From the NCBI RefSeq assembly GCF_009914755.1, contig NC_060931.1: a stretch of 64,000 nt of DNA. One strand, written 5' to 3'. The stretch comes from the human T2T-CHM13v2.0 reference genome, Homo sapiens. Within the stretch, counting starts at the first letter, position 1; the number at the start of each line of letters is the position of its first letter. The position numbers and the translations under genes are program-made. The notes beneath the pieces were generated by a model. The model worked only from the letters and a program-made list of their open reading frames with translations. It did no database searches and was not told where the DNA came from. Shown piece by piece: positions 55,520 through 64,000 of this stretch.

Positions 55520-56099
55520 GGCTGGGCATGGTATAATCCCAGCACTTTCGGAGGCCAAGGCAGGTGGATCACTTGAGGTGAGGAATTCGAGACCAGCCTG
55601 GCCGACATGGTGAAACCCCATCTCTACTAAAAATACAAAAATTAGGCCGGGTGTAGTGGCTCACGCCAGTAATCCCAGCATTTGGAGAGGCCAAGGCGGG
55701 TGGATCATGAGATCAGGAGTTCAAGACCAGCCTGGCCAAAATGGTGAAACCCTGTCTCTACTAAAAATACAAAAATCAGCCAGACGTGGTGGCGGGTGCC
55801 TATAAATCCAGCTACTTGGGAGGCTGAGGCAGAGAATTGCTTGAACCCGGGAGGCAGAGGTTGCAGTGAGCCAAGATCACGTCACTGCACTCCAGCCAGG
55901 GCGACAGAGTGAGACTCCATCTTAAAAAAAAAAAAAAAAATCAGCTTGGTGTGGTGGTAGGTGCCTATAATCCCAGCTACTCAGAAGGCTGAGGCAGGAA
56001 AATCACTTGTACCCAGGAGACAGAGATTGCGCCGCTGCCTTCCAACCTGGGCAACAAGAGTGAAACTCTGTCTCAACAAACAAACAAACAAACAAAAAA
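55520..56099 (+). mobile_element. Nested Alus: a full AluSg-like element (55645-55940) inside the linker of an AluS
   Basis: Monomer order L-[L-R-polyA]-R; the outer TSD resembles aaaa.tatat. Confidence 0.92.
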
Positions 56100-57542
56100 T
56101 ATATGCAGAGAAGAGAGTACTTAGGAGCACAGTGGGAGGGTGAGATGTCAGGGCTCAGCATCTGCTTCCGAAGTTGTCACCAGGCATTTGTTCAGGGCAT
56201 GTGGGCACTAAGAGGATGACCCCGTGGTGGTCAGGTACCTTGCTGCTCTGCACACAAACAATAGAAAGCAATGGAGCCCTTGTTAGAAACACATATTTCT
56301 AAGCTCCAAGCCTGGAGCCTAGGAAACAGTGTCTCCCAGGAAGAAACCTGTTAATCTGCACCATGTCAGGGACCCCACCCCAGGATTCTTACCAGTAGTG
56401 ATGGGTGAGAAACACTGGCTATGCTAACAGAAGCAGGCACACAGCGGCCCCGTCTTCCTCCCATCTGTGAGCATGCTTCAGGGCTGAGCATATGACCAAC
56501 ATTTTACATTTCAGAGTTGGCTCCCACCTTAACACACACAACAATGTGGACACCACCATAAACTGTGACATCACCATCACCCGGACACCAGTGGGATTTA
56601 TGTTGTGTGGATTAATGGCCAGTGGATAAATATACAGCAATACCAAGGGGCAGGTCAACAGCTTAAAGATTAGGAGAAAACAATGAGTCAGAAACTGAGC
56701 AGGTAATCATCAGAGCATCCGTGAATAATCTGACAGACTCCTCAGTCTTCCACATGTGCACGTGGGGCAGAATGTTGACATCCAAGTGGGCATGGTAAGC
56801 AGCTGATGAAAAGTTAAGGATGGAAACTTTAGGCTTGAAAGTCAGCAAAGTGAAGCTGACTTGCCAAGAATAAACTAAGCAGCTATGTGGCATCATGCAG
56901 ATACACACACAGACACTTTTTTTTTTTTAAGATAGAAGGAGAAACAGCAGGAGAGGGAAGAAGTGGAAAGAAAGATGCTGACTTGACTGGACTCTTCACT
57001 GCTAACCTTTGGTGAAGGATAAGTTTAGACACAGGCTGCCTACATGCAAGCATAGAGATATTTCTAGTGTGCCTTCTTATAAAGGAAGCACAGGTAGATG
57101 TTTGTCTTTGTATGGTTGTAATTAAGCGCCAAATGATGTCCTCCATTCCCTTAGTGACCTAGGAAGAGAACCAGCTGTGCAGCACCATCTCTTTGTCTGT
57201 TTTTGGAAGTGAGCCCAATGCACTTGACCCTCAGTGCTATGAGGGACCAGGGGGCTGACAGGTGAAATACAGCAGGGAAGGCTGCAAAGAAGCCCCAAGC
57301 TGCTGCGGGCAGGGTGTGTGCAAGGCGCACGGTACAGACAGACCCACCCTGTGTTTGTGGGGCAAGCCCCCTGTGCCTTTCCCCCTCTGTTGCCTCTTTC
57401 AGCTGCCCTCAGTCCTTCCCACAATTCATCCCATCTCCCAGCACCTGTTTTGGATTTGGAGCCAGTATATGCAGGAGAGAAAAAGAAGACAGTAAATCGA
57501 GCAAGAAAAAGGAAAATGTTGTATTCTGGAGCAGAATTACGA

Positions 57543-57553
57543 ATGAGTCAGCA
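57543..57553 (+). promoter_or_regulatory. Consensus CNC-sMaf/ARE element ATGAGTCAGCA (includes an AP-1 site)
   Basis: Exact match to RTGASTCAGCA. Motif only; no evidence of function. Confidence 0.3.
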
Positions 57554-58533
57554 GCAAGGTCTGACAAAACAAAATACAAAGGCAGTAAAGTAGGAGGTTG
57601 GCTGCCAGGCTGGTGTGAAGCTCGGATACCTGTTTCTCAGTGGCCGCCAGTAGAAGACAGGGATATGACAAGCTTGGGAAGAAAGCAGGCATGCTGGTGT
57701 GCATCCTGGAAAATTAGTTAGGAGGAAATTCTCATGGGTTTCTTCCTTTGAATTTCCTCCTAGCAATGCTATGGCTGATTTCATTTGTTTCCCAGAAGAT
57801 GAGCTGAAGACACATAGGAGCAGCTATTGGAATTGAAATGTCCAAGTGGAGACTGAAGGAAATATATATTTTGTAATTACTCAGCTATTTCTGGATGTCA
57901 CAGATGTTTTTGAAACGCATATTTGGAAACACAGTTGAAATCACAAGTGAAATTTTTATTGTTCATCTCCTAAATGTAAGCTTTTTATTTTATTTAGAGG
58001 CATCCTCGGTTTTAATCATCTTGTTATACTTAGATGTTCTCCTCTTAACGACTCATTGCAAAAAGAAGGCATTCTATGTGAAGGGTACAGAGAATGCGAG
58101 AAACATTCTCTATCAATGACCTGAACAACTAGGGATTGATCAGAAAAGAAGGAACTAAGGTATAATAGCGTTGGGTGTGGTATGGAAGTAGAAGTCGTTT
58201 GAGATACATATTTGAAGAAGCTACAGGTTCAAGAAGAACTCACCATTTCTACTCTCTTAAATGTAAGTTTTGTGAAAGACCAGTGACTACTATAAGTTAG
58301 TTTATTCCAGGAGGAGAGAAAGAGCTGAGATATAAATACTGAATCCTAAGGATTTGTCCATTATTTTTGTGTTTGGAATCTGACAACTGTATGTCTTCTA
58401 TATTTTAACCCTTGTATAAATGGTTGCAGTAAATTGCGTAGAGCAGTGAAGGAAAGATGTGCAGCCAAGGGAAAGATCAAGAACCTTCGGTTTACATGGA
58501 GCTATTTCCTAATATTTGTTTTATGTCATATGA

Positions 58534-59095
<562 letters not shown>

Positions 59096-62000
59096 TTTTT
59101 TCCTTTTAAGTCATTATAACAAGACGTTTAACTTCATGCAAATGGTATAAAATATATTGGCAAGGAGTGCAGAAATGTTTGCCAAATATGGTCATTAATA
59201 TGGGGGTGACTACGACCTGCTTGAGAGAAGAGAAGGGAAGACTTCTCTAGGGAGGACTGATTCATTCAGGAAGTTTTCCATCATCCTTCAACTTCCGCAT
59301 CAGGACTTACAGTTCACTGGACCATCAGCCACAGGAGTGGGCCCAGACACCAGACAAGAAGTCAGAAGTTTTGGCAAGATGCCGGGTCTTTGGGTGAGTG
59401 CCCAGTGAGAGGTACAAATGCAACAGGAGTCTGACGCCATGGAGGGATGTGACTTCTGCAGAATCTTGGGAAGGGGGCAGTGTGGGTTTTGCATGTGGGA
59501 GGGACTTAAATAACTTTTATCACAGCCAAATGTGACATGCTAAGGCCTGAATGCATTTATTCATGGTTCAGGCAGCTGTAGCCAACAACAAGAAGCAGTT
59601 AAAGTTATGTACCCACTGAGAGCAGATAGCGGGGAGGCAGAGGTCAGCACCTGCTTGCCTGGGAGCTGCAGGGTTTCTGAGCGGGAAGGAATGTTAGTGG
59701 TTGCTGGTTCCATCTCACCAATTCCTGCATTCCTGCATTCTGAATGCACCAACAAATGGCTTCCATCCTTCTATTAACAGGGGCTGTTGAGCCTTTTCAG
59801 TGTTGAAGTATTTCAGACTACCAAAAGACAGTTTCATGGTTCTGAAATCTATTTCCTTCTAATGTGTACTTGTCAGCCTTATTCTTCCCATGGAAGCAAA
59901 AGAGACCAGGCCTACTGACATGCATGTACTCATGAAGTTCTCTAAAACCTTAAAGACATCTATCCCTCTCCCCCGGGTCGTCTCTTGTCTGTGCAGAATA
60001 CTTCCACTTGCTCCAAGCATCTCTCAGGTAGCTTTGTTTCCAGACTCAGCCAACCTGGTCATCTTCTCTGGAGTATTTTGGCTTATTGGTCTCACCACTA
60101 GAAAAAAGTGACACCCTCAACTGGACCTGTTACTTCAAATGTTAAGGGAGAAGGTTTTAGACAAGATAGGACAACATGTCTTCCCAGAAAGACCTTATGA
60201 GCTGGGTAGCTCTTGTCTCCGCCCACATTATTAGAGATGAGCTCGTTTATTTTAACTATCCAAAGAAGGATCTGGGTGGAAAATGGGGAAAGTCTGCTTC
60301 TGCCTCCCCTGCCCTGAATGCCCACCTGATAATTAGCCCTTCCACAAAGCGAGTCCCCAGGGGCTTCCTGGAAGCACAGCAGCTGCTACATCGTGCAGGA
60401 CCATGACAGTGGATGGAATTAATTACTAAAACCAGCCAAGACCAAGATTAAGGAAGATACCATGTAAATGTGGCAATTCGCGAAGTATTTCTGAAAAATG
60501 AGGCATCTGTTTCCTGGTCTCACCTCTCCTCATGTCAGGTGAAAGGTGTGGCGGGGAATGGGGGCTGTAATTCAGACTTAACTGTTTGATTGATCTTCTC
60601 GGACTCCTCAAGGTTATCAGAGTAAAAAAAGGAATATGTACAGGACATTGCTTTCATGAAGTGTCTGTCACAGTCCACAAAACCTCGGCTTGGATTGTGA
60701 AAGCAGATTGTTTTCTGTCTCCTAGGGGACTGTCTATTGTGTTAATTTCCAGATATGGATATGACTGTGCCATCTAGCACCTAACGGAACTTCTTTTTTA
60801 TCTGTTAATGATGGAACACTTCAAAATTGCAAGAAAATAAACCCTTTGAGTAAACACTTCATTTTCTCATTTTCCTCAGTTTTAGAGCCAAGAAATAGAA
60901 TATTTTCCAGCTTCTTTTTGGTGCTTTTATTTTTTTCCTTCAGGTTTTACTTTTTTTCCCTTCTCACCCCTGACATCTCATGCAGATAACTTTCCTTTTT
61001 TTTCTCTTTTTTACCACCCAGTCTCTAAATCTCACTTTCTTTTCTCTGTCTCATCTGCCTTTTCTCTGTGTTAACTTTTCCAGTATTTTCAGCCTTGCTT
61101 CTCATTATGTTACTATATTGTGTTTCTTTAACTGTGTATGCCAGCCATGGGGTTCTTGATTCTAGCTTAAGAAAATCTGACTCTGGGCTCATCTACACCT
61201 CCTGTTATTTTTCACTTCCTCTTTGAATGGAATTGTAGGATTAAATAAGGAAAGGACTGTGGAGGTCCCCTGAAGCAATTTTCCTGCAATGCATGCACCC
61301 ATTCCAGAGGACTCCAGTGGTGCTTCGAGCCCCTGCTCATATGCTATCCATGCTGGGGAGCTCACCACCTCAGGGAGACCATCCATCCTCATACATGCTC
61401 TAAGTGGACTGCACTAATGCTGACCAGACACCCAGTCCAAAATCCTGGGTAACAATCTCAGTCATTGAAGGCAGCTGCAACTCTGCCATTCTTAATGGGA
61501 TTCCGGTTTGCCAAGAGCCCCAGAGAGTAGAAAAGTAAGAGTTTCGTGGACTCTACACAATGCTGGTAACTAGATCATGCAATTCTCAGAATTTAGAAAA
61601 GAGTGTTTTTTATTCCTTTCTTGTGATTTGAATTTCCTCACAACCCTTAGCCCTGTATTACACAAAAGGAAACTGAGGCTCAGATAAGCAACTTGTGCAA
61701 GTTCACCCAGCAAGTGAATAACAGGCTCAGATGACCTCTGCGCCTTACTCTAAAACTGCCTAATAGTAGTAGCTGTGTCCTACTCCAGAGCTACACCTAG
61801 CCACCCTCTTCTGCTGGCCTCAGCCTGGTGCATTGTTAGGAAGGGAATATCTGAGGTGATGTGGAGGAGGGAGGGGAGCACAGGCAGGCCAGACAGGGGC
61901 AACTTTGGCTACTCCAGCATCCCAAACTAGGGCCGTGCTAGAGGGTAGAAAACGTGGTGTAAATTTAAGGGGCATTCTCAAGTTACAAAGTCAAGTGAAA

Positions 62001-62135
62001 CTTGGTAATCATGTTTACATGGACAGTAAGGAAAATAAGCAAGGGGAATGGCTGATGCGAATTCCAATATTTTTCTGTGGAAAGACCAGGTACATGGAAG
62101 GAAACAGAGAATTCTTTAGCAGAAAAAGAATGTAT

Positions 62136-62580
62136 CTCTCTAATGCCCAGTGATGATGAGCTTTTTTTCATGTTTGTTGGCTGCATAAATGTCTATGCAG
62201 CCATAAAACAAATGAGTTCATGTCCTTTGCAGGGACATGGATGAAGCTGGAAGCCATCATTCTCAGCAAACTAACACAAGAACAGAAAACCAAACACCAC
62301 ATGTTCTCATTCATAAGTGGGAGTTGAACAATAAGAACACATGGACACCGGGAGGGGAACATCACACACTGGGGCCTGTCGGGGGATGGGAGGCAAGGGG
62401 AGGGAGAGCATTAGGACAAATCCCTAATGCATGCAGGGCTTAAAACCTAGATGACAGATTGATGGGTACAGCAAACCAGCATGGCACATGTATACCTATG
62501 TAACAAACCTGCACATTCTGTACATGTCCCAGAACTTAAAGTAAAATTTAAAAATAAAATAATAAAAAATTTCACCTAAA
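62136..62580 (+). mobile_element. 5'-inverted L1PA (twin-priming type)
   Basis: TSD aaaaagaatgtat at 62123-62135 and 62581-62593. Antisense L1 piece at 62136-62194, then a sense 3' end with A tail. Confidence 0.92.
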
Positions 62581-63118
62581 AAAAAGAATGTATTTCATTT
62601 TCAAAATATTGAATTTGGGGTTAAAGTTTGGCATAAAAACATCCATGTGGAAAGGTCCAGCCCAAGCTAAAAATATAAGTTTAGAACTCAGAAGATACAT
62701 GAAGCATAAAGACGTAAATTCAGTAGGAAGCTGTGTCAGAAAGCAGAAATGATGGGGACCTGCCAGACCAAGGCTTAGACCAGTGAGGAAGGAGCCCCTG
62801 GGATGGCAGGTTGGTGCCTGCCTTCCATTCGGGTCTGCAGCAGCAGGAGAGAAAGGTGAAGAGCCTGGATGGAGGGGCAGGAGGCGAAGGAGAGCAGGTC
62901 CTGGAATCAGGAAAGGGGAACAGCTCCTGTTGCCTTCATCACGTGCTGCAGGCTGGAAATCAGAAAGATGCCACGTGTTTGGTAGATAAGGGTTAGCTGG
63001 GAGAACTCATTTTGAGAATGCTAGGAGTATATTGCAGTGGGTTAAAAGTGAATAGAAAGTGAGCCAGTGAAGCAGTGTAGACTTTGCTTGTGAAGGGCCA
63101 TGATAGTTACAAGAAGGA

Positions 63119-63280
63119 GGCTGGGTGCAGTGTCTCATGCCTGTAATCCAAGCATTTGGGAGGCCGAGGCAGGAGAATCACTTGAGCATGGGAGGCAGTG
63201 GTTGCGGTGAGCCAAGATTGCACCACTGCACTCCAGCCTGGGCAACAGAACGAGACTCTGTCTCAAGAAAAAAAAAAAAA
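63119..63280 (+). mobile_element. Monomeric Alu (FRAM-like or arm-recombined)
   Basis: Single monomer with A tail; TSD gaagga. Confidence 0.88.
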
Positions 63281-63499
63281 GGAAGGAGCAGTTCCAAGGG
63301 AATATGGCCAGAGGTTTTTTGTTTGTTTTGTTTGTTTGTTTGTTTTCAATGAGGGAGATTTGAGTTATATTCTACAGAATTAGAAGAAGTAATAGGGGAG
63401 AATGAGTGGTTAGAAATGTAAGGCACAGTGGAGAAGTTGTTAAAGTTCAACAAGAAGCAGGAGGGTATGAGCTTAGTCTTGCAAAGGAAGATGGCAGTT

Positions 63500-63887
63500 T
63501 CAAAACGTCAGCCGGATTCAATTTAAAGCTTAATTAAGCAGTGAACAATTTGCAAATTGGGCAGCCTCCTGAGCCACAATAGGCTCTGAGACTCCAGTGC
63601 AGCCCCATGGTGGTAGAAGATTTATGGACAGAAAAAGGAAAGTGATGTACAGAAAACAGAAGTGAGGGACAGAAACAGCTGGATTCGTTACAGCTCAGCA
63701 TTCACCTTATTTGAACATGCTTCAAACAATTGGCTACGTTTGATTAGCCAAAACTTGGTGATTGGCGCAAGAGTAGGTTATGGTCTGTTTACACCTCCAC
63801 TGGTTATAATTCACAATGTGCAGAGAAACCTTTAGGCTGAACTTAAAACATGTAAGGAGGCAGCTTTAGGCTAAACGTGACTTAACG
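63500..63887 (-). mobile_element. MER57-family ERV1 solo LTR
   Basis: The reverse complement begins gttaagtcacgtttagcctaaagctgcctccttacat...cctaaaggtttctc, the MER57 5' end. Confidence 0.8.
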
Positions 63888-64000
63888 GTAGCTTCTTTGT
63901 AGGAGAGGAAGGATGGAGGAGAGGCCTGACTTAGGGCACTTGACCTAGGAAGGAAGAGTAGAAGATGGATTTGAGAAAGACTTAGAAAGTTACTGATTAG

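Noticed and set aside
60895-61100. Several YAG acceptor-like sites in a long pyrimidine tract
   Set aside because: T-rich low-complexity sequence produces these by chance; no matching donor or ORF.

Overview
Primate, almost certainly human, genomic DNA that is mostly non-coding and rich in repeats. It holds about 20 Alu elements, L1PA/L1M/L2/MIR fragments, MaLR and MER57 LTRs, Tigger2/MER2/MADE1/MER3/MER58/MER5 DNA-transposon relics and a 1.65-kb degenerate (TG)-rich tract. The only gene-like element I can support is a + strand terminal exon: acceptor at 19493/19494, stop at 19708, AATAAA at 20223. From memory I tentatively assign it to the distal alternative last exon of CRADD (chr12q22). 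If so, 1-19493 is intron and the remainder is downstream sequence. Nearly all ORFs in the supplied track are repeat-derived or chance. The most interesting signals are three. First, a complete 95-nt cryptic exon (branch point, U tract, CAG, GTAATG) abutting the UG tract, the typical layout of a TDP-43-repressed exon, with a mirror-image exon beside the CA-rich strand at the other end. Second, a candidate recursive splice site at 11205. Third, several locally templated insertions with palindromes or microhomology at their junctions (638-753, 2966-3155, 27373-27409). Repeat subfamily calls and boundaries were made by eye and are approximate. No prokaryotic-type system (CRISPR, operon, rRNA or tRNA) is present.
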